NCBI GenBank assembly: GCA_028534125.1 | Contig: CM052818.1 | Location: 2,110,001-2,174,000 of the forward strand | From: Lama glama | Taxonomy: Eukaryota | Direction of reading: 5' to 3' | DNA length: 64,000 nucleotides | Shown here: in pieces, positions 36,127-49,064 of the stretch | How the letters are laid out: each line of letters begins with the position of its first letter | Position numbering within the stretch: the first letter of the stretch is position 1 | Made by a program: the position numbers and the translations under genes | Notes under the pieces: model-generated | Databases searched by the model: none | What the model was told of the DNA's origin: nothing | The model's input: only the letters and a program-made list of their open reading frames with translations

Positions 36127-38289
36127 AATTTCCTTATCACTATTCTAGAAAGAAAAAGAGAAGATGGATCAAATGGGAAAATATGAGAGATGAACAGTAT
36201 CTTTCATCTTAGGAACAAAAGATCCCATGAAGGACCAAGTATTATTCACAAAAGAGGAACCATACTTAAATATCTCCTGGTGAAATGTTAGCTGTCGGGG
36301 ACAAAGTTCAAAATTCTTTAGGTATTTGAGGGAGAAAAAGTTTACATGTTGGGGTGAAAAGGATTGACTTGGATTCAAAAGTCTCCTCTACAAGCCTAAA
36401 AACAAAAAGGAATATTATAAATCTAGTAACATCTACAAAGTTCCAAGGGGGAAACCACTGCATTTTAAAACTGGAAAGCTGTGATTCATTTGTGAGGTCA
36501 ATTAAAAGAATATTTTTCAAACATTTAAGCATTCAAATTCATACTACATCCTCAACCACCCAGAAAAATTTGTTCAAAATAATGGTCCAGCTAAGCAAGA
36601 AACAAAAAGGAAAATTAGGGTTAATTTATTAAAAATCAATATTAATATGATTGAGAAAAATAATAGAAATTTCCAAAATAATTACTGAAGGAGAAGGTAC
36701 ATAAATATAAGAAATAAATTCATAATAGCAATCTTAGTCTAAAATGTCATTATCTCAAGAAAAGTGGGAGGTAGAAGTAGGGGGAAATTTTAAAAGCATA
36801 AATACATACTATGTTCTTTTTGAAATTGGTAAAGATACAGTATATATATGGTGTGTGTGTGTAATTAAAAGAACCAGAGGTAAACTAAAGCTGGAAAGTG
36901 TGACTTCCTAATTTCTAAATATAAAGAAACTTGCAAAGCGAATGGAAAAATGAAAAAGAAAAATATAAAGAAGCATGAAGAGCAGAAAGCATCTTACAAA
37001 GTAAATGATCAAATATCCTGACTCCAGAACCTCAGGACTAAAATGACACTGGGAACTTCATGCTGAGAACTCTCCCAGTCTCTCATCACTGGATCTCCTT
37101 TTTTCCCCATTTGCAATAATCCATGCTCTCTGTTTTCCAGTGTACCTGTAGGAAGGTGGCCATGGCAAGGGAAGCAAGTCAGTGCATAGCTCTCCTTTGA
37201 ACTAAGGAGCGGCAAAGCTGAGTGAAAATCGTCAGTCCCAGTTCCCACCACTAGGGGATGATTCTGACTGGCTGAGCATGGGTCAGATGCCTATTTGGAG
37301 CAAACAAGAATAGGTAGGGACAGGGCCTTACAGAACTCCATGCAAAGTGGACCACCTTCCAAGAAAAGGGTAGACAATCTACTAGGAATCCACTACCCAA
37401 GGACCAACAAAAAGAAAGCAATGTTCATATCAGACAATGTAGAATTCACAGCAAAAAAATAAACAATATAAGGCACTAAGTGAGGGAAAGAGTTAACCTA
37501 TGCAGTAAATTGTACAAACTAAACGAGAATATAAGCACCATGCATCTGTGTATCCTGACTATAGCAGCAAATGTACAAAGCCACAAAGTTTGGAAATTAA
37601 GGAGAAATTGAAAAAAAAAAAACCACAGTAATAATAGAACTTTTAATATGCCTTATCATTCTGTGAGATCAAGTAGGCGTAAATTTAATAAGAACATAGA
37701 AGAGTTAAAGATTATTAAAATTTTAACTTAATAGATCTATATCAAAATGTCCTTCCTAGAAACAGAAAACACATATCCTTTTCAAATGGCTAAAGAATGG
37801 TTACAAATTTGATCCTATCTTAGGCCACAAGGAAAATTTCATTATAATCTCAAAAGCAGAAATAGTACAATACACAAACACAAACCACATTGCAACAAAA
37901 CTAGAAGTTAATAGCAAAAGGAAAAAAAAAGAAAGAAACCAATAAAATGAAGCCACTCTGGAGCGGAGAAACCTTGTCTTAATAGCCTAGAGTCAAATAG
38001 GAAATCAAAACTATAATTAATGATTGTTTAAGAAACAACTGGGGAGCTATAGCAAAAAGGAAACACAGAGCTCTAAGTAACAATACAGAGTTACACGTTT
38101 TTCTCATTAAACAGAAGAAAGAAATTTATTGAGCAATGTATTCAACTCAAAAGGCCAGTGAAAGAGCAATAAAGTGAACTTAGGAAGTGCTAGACAAAGA
38201 ATTCAGAGATAATGAATTGAAGACAATAAATGAAAAATAAAAACTATAGACATGTGATCATCATGAGGCAGGAAGCACAGATGTCCCCA

Positions 38290-40030
38290 TCAGAATCAGG
38301 AAAATAATCGCAATGCATTACTACCATCCAACGCACAGACACCATTCAAGTTTTGCCTTCAAGCTGTCTCAATACCCATAAGTGGATTCAATCCAGGATC
38401 ACATGTTGCATTTTGTTGTCACTTCTTTTTAGTCTCCTTTAATCTGGATCAATTTTCAGTCTTTTTTGACTCTCTTGACCTTGACACTTTTTTCCTTTTG
38501 CCATTAACTTCTAGTTTTGAACACCAGGTGTTCGTTGTGGTTTTTTTGAAAGTCCCTCAGTTTGGGCTTGCATGAAGTTTCCTCGAGTTACATATTTTGA
38601 ACAGGAGCATCACATGCTCCTTATTACATCCTAGCAGGGGGTCACATGACTTCAATTTGACCTTGATCCTGGAATTAAGAGTCACTGTCAAGTGACTCTT
38701 CTCCCCACTGTAATCAATAAATCCTTCCTGGGGAAGTACTTTGAGATTATGTACCTAACCAGTTCCTCACCCACTATTATACAGTGATGTTTCTTGACTG
38801 AATCGCTCACTGTCAAATCGTAATTATCTAACTCCACCACCCCTCCTACTATAAATTAGTTGATATTCTTCTTTTAAGAAGAAGTTTTTCTCTTTTTTCC
38901 ATTTATATATTCACTTATTGATTTGTCTCTGTGTGGACTCCTGGATTTCTATTTTGTTGATGATAAAAATCTGTTATTATTGTCTTGTGTTTCATCAAAC
39001 CATCCCAGATCTGGCTAGCGGGAGTCCCTTCAAACTGGTTTCTATGTCCTTTTGAACCATATCTACCATCCTTTGAGTACTTCTTTACTTTCTGGCACAA
39101 CAAGATGTTCCTGACTCATCTTGTAAATTTCCTGCCTCAGTCCTGGAATCCATAATTTGTTCAAAAATCCCTGGTTCCTTTTAGTGGAGAAAGGTACTTA
39201 AAAACTAAGATCGAGGTACCGGGTGTTCGTTTCTATTAGGGCACAGGGCATACAGTTGAGAAATCCATCTATCCATCTATCCATCTTTCTGTCTGTCTAT
39301 GGTAGGCAGCCCCAAGATTGCTCCCAGTAATCTCCATCTCCTGGCATTCCAGCCCTCATGTAATCCCCTCCTTTCAAATGTGGACTGGACCTAGTGACTC
39401 ATTTATTACAAACAGAATATGACAAAAGTTCAAGTTCTAGTTTAGGTTTCAAAAAGTCTGTGACTTTTATCTTGGGCATTCGCTCTGACTCCCTCCCTCA
39501 CTCCCTCTGAAGGAAGCCAGCTGCCATGCTGTTAAGCTGCCCTAATTGAGAGGCCCACGTGGCCAGGGACTGAGGGTGCTTCGGGTCATCTGCCAGTGAG
39601 GACTCATCCAACAACCACATGAGTGAGCTCAGAAGCAGGTCTTCCTCTAACAGAACCTTCAGATGAGACTACAACCCTGACAGCCTTGTGAGATCTTGAG
39701 GCAGAAGCACTCAGCTAAGTCGTTCCTAGCTTCCTGATGTGCAGAAATTATGAGATAATAAATATGAGCTATTGTTTTAAACTACTAAGGTTTGGGATAC
39801 TTTATTACATAGCAGTTAAAAAAGAAACTATACACACAAATAAGTACACTTATTTTTATATCTATTCTATAGATTGAAAGCCATGAATTCACACCCATCC
39901 CTCCAATTCCACTTCAACACCACAGGATTAATTCTAGTTTTCTTCCTTTCCATAATTGTGACTCCCTTCTCAGGCAGTGAGAATCTGAATCACATCATTC
40001 TCTAATATATGTATTTATTGGGTCAATTCC
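38290..40030 (-). mobile_element. L1MC/MD-type 3' region, antisense, split by an MLT1
   Basis: AATCCAGGATCACATGTTGCATTT...TTAGTCTCCTTTAATCTGGA and TTCTGGCACAACAAGATGTTCC. Confidence 0.7.
39298..39830 (+). mobile_element. MLT1F-like ERVL-MaLR solo LTR
   Basis: TGGTAGGCAGCCCCAAGATTGCTCCCAG...CCTGGCATTC...TGTAATCCCCTCC...GGACCTAGTGAC...GAGATAATAAATA...TTGTTTTAAACTACTAAG. Confidence 0.8.
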
Positions 40031-40123
40031 CCACCCTCCACCCCCTATTTAGAGCCAATTTCCTCTGCCACTCATGCAGGCTTCCTCCACCCATTCAGAC
40101 CCTGACACTCCAACTTAGAGCTC

Positions 40124-40198
40124 TGGACATCACCTACCGTGTATGGACATCACCTAGCCGGTGTGGACATCACCTACCCTGTGTGGACATCAGCTACC
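40124..40198. repeat. Four-copy ~20-bp minisatellite
   Basis: TGGACATCACCTACCGTGTA / TGGACATCACCTAGCCGGTG / TGGACATCACCTACCCTGTG / TGGACATCAGCTACC. Confidence 0.9.
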
Positions 40199-41899
40199 TT
40201 GTCCAGTTCTATCCAGTGGCTTCTGAAAGAATTATTTAAAAAGGGAGAAAGGGGAAAGAGGCAAAGACTGTGAAGCAGGCAACAGAATACCAAATGAATA
40301 CCAATAGAATACCAAAATGAATTTCTTTAAAAATGGAGAAATGAGCTTGAAAGAAATTAAGAAACCATTAATGCCTTAGCCATCAAAAGTGTTAGGCCCA
40401 GAAGTATTGTCAGCCCGTGAGGAGTAGGTCATCCCTGCACCACATAGACTATTCCAAGACCAGAGGAAAAGATCGAAAGTATCTCAAATCATTGTATTAA
40501 TCCATTAAAACTCTGATATTAAAACCTGACTACAGAAGTAAAAAACTTCACTTCAATAAGAATAAGCTGAATTCAGCAACGCATTTGAGAGTAGTGCGTG
40601 GCCAACTAGATTTAACTCCAGGAATGCAGGAGTGGGTCAACATTAGGAAATCTCTTAACCCTAAATTAATAGGTAAAAGGAGACATAGAGATAGCAGTTG
40701 ACATCAAATGGATTTTTTTTTTAGACTTCAGACTCTTTTCCAGGTGTAGAACTCAAGACTTTTTTGGTTGCAAGTAACAGAATCCAAGTCAAGTTTACAC
40801 ACATACGGCTATCTCATGGAAGTCAATAAATCAGAACCAAGAAGAGTAAATGTGAGGAAGGAAAAGGCAAAACTGGTTCTTATATCTGTTCATTAGGAAT
40901 AAATATTCTAAAATCAGTAACTCCTAGAAATCAACAATAACCAGCTTGAAAAAAACCAATGGGGAAAAATTCCATTTATAATATCAACAAAAGACTATAA
41001 AGTACCTAGAGGATTAATACTAGTGATGTACGAATACTGAAGAAATGGAGAATATATTATGTGAAGGCATCAAAAGGAGACTTGAGTAAAAGGAGAGACA
41101 TGCACTGTGCGTGGGTAGGAAGATGCATATTGTGAACATGTTCAGCTACCTTCAATCAATCTGTAAACTTAATGCAATCTCAATAGCATTGTTTTCAAAA
41201 ATTTGACAATACAAATTCTGTAACTGAGGTGGAAGATTTAATGGAAACCAGGAAAAACTTGAGATGTTGCCCCCTGCATATTAAAAACTTTACATCTCCT
41301 GAGTACTTATGCTGCACTGAATTGCGTGTTTCACATGCATTATAGTTTCTATTTCCTCCTCCCCAAAACTCAGTGAAGTACAATTACCTGCCACTTAGAG
41401 ATGTTTAAAAAGTTTGCCAATATTACAGAAGTACTAAATATTAGTTTTATTTGAACCCAAGGCTCATTACTTCAGAACTTAAAGTTTAACTAGTATGCTA
41501 ATTAAATATCTTACAAACTTTAGAGAAATTAAAACCACCTGGTACTGAGAGAGGGTCCAATTGAGCAAATTCATAGGAATTTGTCCCTACTATATAAATA
41601 TATAAATTATATATATTAATGGGAGTATATATACCTATCTTATTCCTAACATAAGCAAAGAATTACAGGTTTATTTTTTCCTTACACTTTATTTCTTCCA
41701 TGATTACTATGATGAACAGTGTAAGGGAGAATTTGTTTATTTCATTGCTGTTTTTCAAAGAAAGAGTTATTGAATATATTTATCAACTCTACCATTTTTC
41801 TTTTTGTGATTCATTTTTTTCATTACTTTTTCCCTCCTTATTTCTTCTGCTGTGTTTTGTTCTTTTTCAGGTTTCTTGAGTTGAATGCTAATGTTTTTA

Positions 41900-42350
41900 T
41901 TGAATAATGAAGCATTCTAGCCCATTTTATTTTTCCAACTGAACTTTGTATTCTGTTTAAGTTCTAATAAAACTCCTATGGGAGTTATCAGGATTTTATT
42001 AAAATTATAAGTTAATTTGTGGTGAAATGACATTTTTACATATTGAATCTTCCCAAGGAGCATGTCACCCTTTTTATTCAAGTCTTCTTTTGTGTCTCTT
42101 CAGTACTGTTTCAGAATTTTATTTCTCTGAGTCCTACACGGTTTTCAATAGTTCATGCCAGGCAGAAAAAAGTGTATTATATGCAAATTATGATCATTTC
42201 ATTTCCTCCTTTTATTTTCTTCTTTCAGTTTCTCAAATAATTGCATTAGCTAAAACTTTGAGAAAAATGTCAACTAATAATGGGAATGGTGAGCATCTTT
42301 GTCCTGCTTCTGACTTTAATGTAAATGTCTCTGACGTTTCACTTTTTCCA
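41900..42350 (-). mobile_element. Old L1 ORF2 fragments
   Basis: ATGACATTTTTACATATTGAATCTTCC and AATAATGGGAATGGTGAGCATCTTTGTCCTGCTTCTGACTTTAA are antisense L1 RT-region motifs. Confidence 0.65.
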
Positions 42351-42357
42351 TTACACT

Positions 42358-43430
42358 CTTTATTTTGAGATAATTGTAGATTCACGTGCAGCTGAAGTCA
42401 CAGAGAGACCTCATGTATTCTTTACCCGATTTCCCATAAAGTTATATCTTGCAAAACTATCTTCACAACCAGGATGTTAGCATCGATCCAATTTTTACCT
42501 ATGTTATTCAGATTTTCCCACTTCTCCTTGTGTGTGTGTGTGTGTTTTAGTTCTGTGGAATTTTATCACATGTGTAAGTTTCTTATATCCACTACCACAG
42601 TAATGATAAGGACAGTTCCACCATCAACAGTAATGATAAGGACAGTTCCACCATCACAAGGACCCCCCATCACAAGGAACCCCCATGTTGTTCTTTTATA
42701 GCCACAGTTGTCTCTCAGCCCCTAACCCCCAAACCCCATCCCTGACTCCTGACAAGCACTAATCAGTTCTCCAGTCCTATAATTTTGTCATTTCAAGAAA
42801 GTTGTATAAATGGAATCATACAATATGTAATCTTTTGAGATGGGCTTTTTCACGATTTCACCATAATTCCCTGGCATCCAAGTTGTGTGTATCAATAGTT
42901 GGTTTCTTTTTCTTTTTATTGCTGTGTGATAGTCCATAGTATGGATGTACCACAACTGGTTTAACCACTCACCCATTGAAGGACATCTGTATTGTTTCCA
43001 GACTATAATAAATAAAGAAGCTAATAATGTTGAACATCTTACCTAATGTTGAACATCCTTTCATGTGCTTATTTTTTATCTGTTGTTCTCTTTATTGTGA
43101 AATGTCTGTTCATCTTTTCCCCATTTTCTAATTGGATATTTTTCACTGTTGAGTTTTGAAAGTTCTTGTATATTCTAGATAATAGTCACTCTCAAATATG
43201 TGATTTACAAAATCCTAGTCCATGGTTTTTCTTATCCCTTTCTCCTGGGCTCTCACAGAGAAAAAGCTTTTAATTTTGATTAGGTCCAACTTATCTTTTT
43301 TTTTTTTTTTGGTATAGATCATGATTTCATATCAAATTTAAGAGCTCTTTGTCTAGCCCCAGATCCCAAGATCTTCTATTTTTTCTGAAAGTTTTATAGT
43401 TTTTGTTTTACATTTAAGTCCATGATAAAT
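42358..43430 (-). mobile_element. L1M (L1MB/MC-like) 3' portion
   Basis: TATTTTGAGATAATTGTAGATTCAC...GTATAAATGGAATCATACAATATG...TTTAACCACTCACCCATTGAAGGACATCTG...AGTTTTATAG...ACATTTAAGTCCATGAT. Confidence 0.85.
42597..42657. repeat. 30-bp tandem duplication
   Basis: ACAGTAATGATAAGGACAGTTCCACCATCA occurs twice. Confidence 0.9.
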
Positions 43431-44210
43431 CATTTGTCAAAATCCAACACCCATTCATGATAAAAACTCAGTAAGTTAAGCATAGAAGGGAGTTACCTCA
43501 ACTTGATAAAGAGCATCTATAAAAAAAAATCTACAGCTAACATACTTAACGGTGAAATACTGAATCCTTTTTCCCTAGGATCAGGAACAAGGCAAGAATG
43601 TCTGCCCTCACTGTATTTGTTCAGTGTAGTACTAGAAGTCCTAGCCTCTGCAATAAGGTAAGAAAAAGGAAAATAAGGCATATGGTTTAGAAATAAAACT
43701 GTCTTTGAGGATGACATGATTGTCTAGGTAGGAAATTGCACTCAGTCTATAAAGAAAAACTGTAACGTGACATAAGTAATGTTTCAAGATACAAAGTCAA
43801 CACACAAAAATCAATTGCATGTCAACATACTAATAATGAACATATGGAAACTGAGATTAAAACACAATGCCATTTACAGTCACACCAAAGAAAATTAAAT
43901 ACTTAGGATATATTCACCAAAATATGTACAGGGTCTGTATGCTAAAAATTACAAAATGCTGATGAATGAAATCAAAGAAAATCTAAATAAGTTTAAAAAC
44001 ATACTGTGTTCATGAATTAGACAACTCAATAAAGATGCCAGTTCTATTCAGATTGATTTATAGATTTAATGCAATTCCTATTAAAATGCCAGCAAGATTT
44101 TTTTGTAGACATAGACAAGCTTGTTCTGAAGTTTGTGGGGAAGACACAGGCCCTAGAGTAGCTCAAACAACCTGAAGAAAGAAAAATGAAGTGTGAGAAT
44201 TACTCACTCA
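43431..44210 (+). mobile_element. L1 ORF2 reverse-transcriptase segment (inverted relative to the adjacent 3' part), disrupted
   Basis: Translates in pieces to FVKIQHPFMIKT, SGTRQECLPS and FEDDMIV* (43704-43727; canonical FADDMIVY), with frameshifts and stops. Confidence 0.9.
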
Positions 44211-45115
44211 GTTCTGGGCTAACCATCTTCAAATAATTCTTTTTAAAGAAAGAATGTGGATCATAGACTCTTACCCATAAAACTGAAAAATTGAAACATT
44301 TTCATGCTTTCTTTGGGCAGTTAGTGTTGCAGATGGGAAGTCTGACGTCATTCTAATTTGCGGATAATCTATTTTTTTAACTTCTCGATTCCTGTATAAT
44401 ATTTTTTCTTATTATATATAATCATTTCCATGATATGCCTAGATGAGATCTCTTTTTATTTATCTTACCTAAAATATAGTAAAAGACTTATGGACACATA
44501 CTTGGATTTCCTTCTGGCCCCTAAGAAGCCAAAAAAAAAAAGGTTTTGTTTTGACTGGTCATTGCCTCTTTCAGTTATCCTGGTTTTCCTCCCACAGCAA
44601 CACCTACTTCCTTTGTTCATATCCTGTACAAGCCAAGGATCTTAATTTCAAGCAACCCATACTAACTCCGGCTGTTTTAGTCATAAAAAAATTTATTAAA
44701 TGGATATTGGGAATCTTACAAAAATATCAAAAAGACCAAGACCCAGGCTCAGAAAAATGGGCGGCACAGAATGAGAATCAGCAGCAGCCCGAATGAGAGC
44801 CAAGTTAGACCACAGAACCCATCCACTGAGGACTCCAGGGATGAACCCTGGGGGCTGTTTACACCATTACCACTCTAACACTGGACCCTGAACACTGCGC
44901 TTGTGCCATGGCTTCTGTATCCTGGACCTAGTGCTGCCAACCTCAAAATGAATTCTCCCCGATCCCTTCATCTTCATGCTACAAGCATCCTTTGCAAAGT
45001 TCCAGGTACATGTGCCTGCCTGCCTGCCTGGCATACATCACATGCCGGTACCCTAGCAAGGTGGGAATTTTGACATCATCCTGAGAAAAATGAAATTCTA
45101 GCCTTTTCAGCTTCT

Positions 45116-45257
45116 TTCAAATTTTTTCTTTAATTTTAGGGGGGGAGGTAATTAGGTTTGCTTGTTTTATCTATTTTTGGAGGAGGTACTGGGGATTGAA
45201 CCCAGGACCTTGTGTATGCTAAGCATGCACTCTACCACTTGAGCTACACCTTCCCCT
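45116..45257 (-). mobile_element. tRNA-Ala-derived camelid SINE (vic-1-like) with 21-bp target-site duplication
   Basis: Reverse complement GGGGAAGGTGTAGCTCAAGTGGTAGAGTGCATGCTTAGCATACACAAGGTCCTGGGTTCAATCCCCAGTACCTCC has A and B boxes and an AGC anticodon remnant. TSD ATTCT(A/G)GCCTTTTCAGCTTCT at 45095-45115 and 45260-45280. Confidence 0.88.
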
Positions 45258-45568
45258 AGATTCTGGCCTTTTCAGCTTCTGTGTGTGAGAGAGTTCTGCC
45301 ATAAAGACACCTAACATGGGGAATTTCACAAGCAGAGAAAGGAAGTTCCCCTAAGACCTTGTTTCTCTGGTCTCCATCTTCTCACTCATTATTTTCATCT
45401 CTATATCCATTCATACTTTTGGGGACAACTACTCAAGTTTGTGTTCCACATCACTATTCCAGTTTTCCATTGTGTCAATTCTGCTCCTCACCAACTTTGG
45501 TGTGAATATTATGTTTGTTAGTTTGTTTAAGTTTTCTTCTCATCGTTCCTTTGAATCTACAATTCCTG

Positions 45569-46072
45569 GGTAGGTTGACTACAAAGATGGCTGTCAACAA
45601 TTCCTCCTGGACCTTGCATACAACACATCCCTCCCATCAAGAGGCAGAGACTCCCTTCCCTTTAAACTGGGGTACCTCATGACTTGATATAACCAACAGA
45701 ATGCAGCAGAATTGATATTATAAGACTTCCAATCTTCACTGTTAAGAGGGTTGGCAGTTTCCACTTTCTCACGTTGGTGATCTATCTGCCATATAATGAA
45801 ACTCAAGTCACGAGAAAGAGAGAGTGTCCCACAATTCATTAGTCACCAGGTACCAGATGTGTGAAGCAAAGCCACCCGGAACATTCCAGCTCCCGCCCAC
45901 TTCCCACCTGACTGCTACCACCTCACGGAGCAGACCCCACACTGTGCGGAACAGAATTGTCCAGCTGAACCTCTCCTATTCCTTCTCACAGAATTGAGAG
46001 CAAATAAAACGGTGTGGATTAAGCCACTAAGTTTCAGGGTAGTTCATTTCAGAGAAACAAGTAACTTGACAC
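45569..46072 (+). mobile_element. MLT1G/H-like solo LTR
   Basis: TTGACTACAAAGATGGCTGTCAACAATTCCTCC...CCATCAAGAGGCAGAG...AAATAAAACGG...TAAGCCACTAAGTTTCAGGGTAG. Confidence 0.75.
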
Positions 46073-47584
46073 ACCCCAGACATATTACCTAGTTCCTTTT
46101 CATCTTACTTTCTCATTTGTCCACCTCATCTTCCTTTATCGTGGTCTCCTCTCTCCTTATGATTTTCTTAAGCTATTCATAGAGGCCACATTTCTTTGCA
46201 ACTTAGTGACAGTTCCAAACAATTTTCTCAAATTGACTTCTCATGACACTATGCATTTTTGAGTCATCTAGATGAAAATTTTTTTTCTGTCTAATGTTCG
46301 GCAGTTCATCTTTTTAAAAATAGATCAAGTTGCCTGTTTTCTTTTTTTATTCATCTTCAAAATAAGAGATGTATTAAAATTTCGTTTTAACAACAAACGG
46401 AATGTGTAGATTTCCCTTGGTCCTCATACTGTTCCTTTGGAATTAGCTGAGTCTCCTTCTCAGCTCTATCGAAATAGGACTTTTGAGAACTCTGGAGAGT
46501 TCTCAGCCCAACTCCCAGGGTCTGGTCCAGGCTGCCTTTTAATATGGCGCTGCTGTGTTGCAAGGTGGAGTCTGGTCCTACTACCTGGCTGCCTGGAACT
46601 TTGACGCTGTGGTTCCCACAATGCCTTGCTAGCAGGTGGCAGTGTCTGTTCTCACCCGCAGGCGTGCCCGCACGCGGGGTAGTACACCTCCTTGAATGCA
46701 AAGCCCCTCCACTGAGGCCACCCTAAGTTGTCCTGTTGTCTTGTAGTGGTTTCAGTCTCCAAATAGATGCAGAAATGTTCCTAGGAAGGCAGAATAAGCA
46801 GCACCACAGAGGGGTGGCATAGCTTCCTCGTTTGTTTAATTAACTTGATCTCAGAGTATCTTAGGGCCACCAGAGGAGGAGAGAAGAAGTGTTTTGCTTT
46901 ATATTGAGAGGAGCAAGTGCATGCCACTTGTTTCTGGGTTTTGATACAAATTGTGTTGAGTAAGAATTCCTTCTATAATCTGATATTATGTTGTTCGTCA
47001 GCCTTGGTTTTCAATGATGTTACACATTTTCATCTCTTTCTAAGTTTTTCTAAGACTTTTAGAGGCAAAGTCATAGAGGCCACATCTGGGACTGCAAACC
47101 CTGCCTCTGTTTAAACCATTAGCAGTCCAGAATGAGTGTCTGATAGAAGTGCATTGTCACACCTGCTGGAGGAATTAGGTGAGTCGGAGTAATTCTAGGA
47201 AGCTGTTGTGCAAAAGGAATTTTAATTCCATTTTCTTGAAAGATGCAGGCAGACTATGGAGAAAAGGGTTGTAAGGAAAATGTCCTAGATCAGAGGGAGA
47301 AACCGGCTTGATGGAAGAGGTTGTCTAGCTGCAATCAGGATACTGGCTCAAAAACCTGTGGCTCGTCATACTGCCAAACCTTAGGCCTGACCTCTATCAA
47401 GGCAGACATCTTGAATGCTACAATTTGAATGCTGAGGTCAATATCAGTAGTTAAATTTCCAAATTATATACACTCCTGAATTTAATACAGTGATGGTAGA
47501 AGTAAGAAGCCGGCTAATGTAGCGCACTGAGTGAAAATCTACTGATTGAATCACACCGTGTAGCCCCAGGCTCTCTCCCCACAC

Positions 47585-48002
47585 TGTTCTGGTTATCCAG
47601 TGCTACTTAACAACCACCCCAAAATGTGCTGGCTTAAGAAAATGAGCAGTTCATTGCTTACAGTTCTGTAGGTTGGTTGCACCCAGCTAGATAGTTCTTC
47701 CGTACCGTAGGATGTTGATGGCATGCTTAGTTATCCGAAGGTTCATCTGGGCTGGAACATCCAAGAGGGCCAGCTCACATGCCTGGTGCCTTGGTGAGTC
47801 ACAGTGGAAGGCTGAGCTAAGCTGGGCGGCTGGGATGGCGGGGCCTCTCCTTCTCCGTATAGTCTTAGGGCTGCATTCTCTATACTTGCAGCCTCTCTGC
47901 ATGGTCCCTCCATCAAGGTAGCTAGACTTCTTACATGGGGTCTCAGGGCTCCCAGAAGTACAAAAGTGGAATTTTCCAAGCCTTCTTAAGGCTTAGTCTC
48001 AG
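47585..48002 (-). mobile_element. MLT1 LTR, truncated by the assembly gap
   Basis: TGTTCTGGTTATCCAGTGCTACTTAACAACCACCCCAAAATGTGCTGGCTTAA...GGCTGGAACATCCAAGAGGG...AGACTTCTTACATGG. Confidence 0.75.
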
Positions 48003-48502
48003 NNNNNNNNNNNNNNNNNNNNNNNNNNNNNNNNNNNNNNNNNNNNNNNNNNNNNNNNNNNNNNNNNNNNNNNNNNNNNNNNNNNNNNNNNNNNNNNNNN
48101 NNNNNNNNNNNNNNNNNNNNNNNNNNNNNNNNNNNNNNNNNNNNNNNNNNNNNNNNNNNNNNNNNNNNNNNNNNNNNNNNNNNNNNNNNNNNNNNNNNNN
48201 NNNNNNNNNNNNNNNNNNNNNNNNNNNNNNNNNNNNNNNNNNNNNNNNNNNNNNNNNNNNNNNNNNNNNNNNNNNNNNNNNNNNNNNNNNNNNNNNNNNN
48301 NNNNNNNNNNNNNNNNNNNNNNNNNNNNNNNNNNNNNNNNNNNNNNNNNNNNNNNNNNNNNNNNNNNNNNNNNNNNNNNNNNNNNNNNNNNNNNNNNNNN
48401 NNNNNNNNNNNNNNNNNNNNNNNNNNNNNNNNNNNNNNNNNNNNNNNNNNNNNNNNNNNNNNNNNNNNNNNNNNNNNNNNNNNNNNNNNNNNNNNNNNNN
48501 NN
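48003..48502. other. Assembly gap (exactly 500 N)
   Basis: Run of N. The round length suggests a placeholder of unknown true size. Confidence 0.99.
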
Positions 48503-48601
48503 TTTATTTATTTATTTATTTTCTGATGGAGGTACTGGGGATTGAACCCAGGACCTTGTGCATGCTAAGCATGTGCTCTGCCACTGAGCTATACCCTCCC
48601 C
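48503..48601 (-). mobile_element. vic-1-like SINE abutting the gap
   Basis: TTTATTTATTTT...GGAGGTACTGGGGATTGAACCCAGGACCTTGTGCATGCTAAGCATGTGCTCTGCCACTGAGCTATACCCTCCCC. Confidence 0.88.
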
Positions 48602-48882
48602 GGCTCTCCATTTATCTAGATCAGAGCACACAGCCATGGGCAGTGGCAGTGGCTGAATTTGTTCAATTTCTTGATTCAGCTCTCAGCAAATGCCTAGAGT
48701 CTGCTCAATTTTCTTCTCTTGTGGTACAGAGGCCAGTGCCTGGCTCTTCCTGTGTGTGTTTTTAATAGGTGTTAATAAATGTTTATTGAATGAGTGAATT
48801 TAGTAATTGCTTGTTTTACTTCTGGTTCCTGCCTTCATTTGGTGATGTTAGCACTGCAAAGATACGTTCAATTACACTGAGA

Positions 48883-49064
48883 TGGTGGTCCTCAAGGTGT
48901 GATCCCCGGGCAACAACATCTCATAACATGGGGACTTGTTAGAAATGCAGATCCTCAGGGCCCACCCGGGACTTCCTGAATCAGAAACATTGGAGGCAGG
49001 GCATTCTGTGTTTTAACAACCCCTCCAGGTAACTCTGATGCAAGGTCAAGTTTGAGAGTCACTG
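48883..49064. mobile_element. MER5A (hAT-Charlie) non-autonomous DNA transposon
   Basis: GTGGTCCTCAAGGTGTG...GACTTGTTAGAAATGCAGATCCTCAGGGCCCACCC...GAATCAGAAAC...TGTGTTTTAACAA...AGTTTGAGAGTCACTG. Confidence 0.88.

Larger units (their letters stand above)
36130..41270 (+). mobile_element. Fragmented ancient L1 (ORF1 C-terminus, EN and RT remnants) interrupted by nested elements
   Basis: ORF1-like decay at about 36200-36550, endonuclease-like at about 37400-38250, RT-like at about 40300-41270 (CCAGGAATGCAGGAGTGGGTCAACATTAGGAAATC, like PGMQGWFNIRKS). Confidence 0.65.

Noticed and set aside
40124..40198. Regularly spaced direct repeats resembling a CRISPR array
   Set aside because: Head-to-tail ~20-bp units with no unique spacers and no cas genes, in mammalian DNA. 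This is a minisatellite.
43431..44210. Functional reverse transcriptase or novel RT system
   Set aside because: An ordinary L1 ORF2 relic with frameshifts and a stop right after the FEDDMIV motif.
45180..45257. tRNA-Ala gene
   Set aside because: It has a SINE tail, a TSD and a second copy in the window, and the cloverleaf is degenerate. This is a tRNA-derived SINE.
47935..48765. 276-aa ORF
   Set aside because: An artefact of reading through the 500-N gap.
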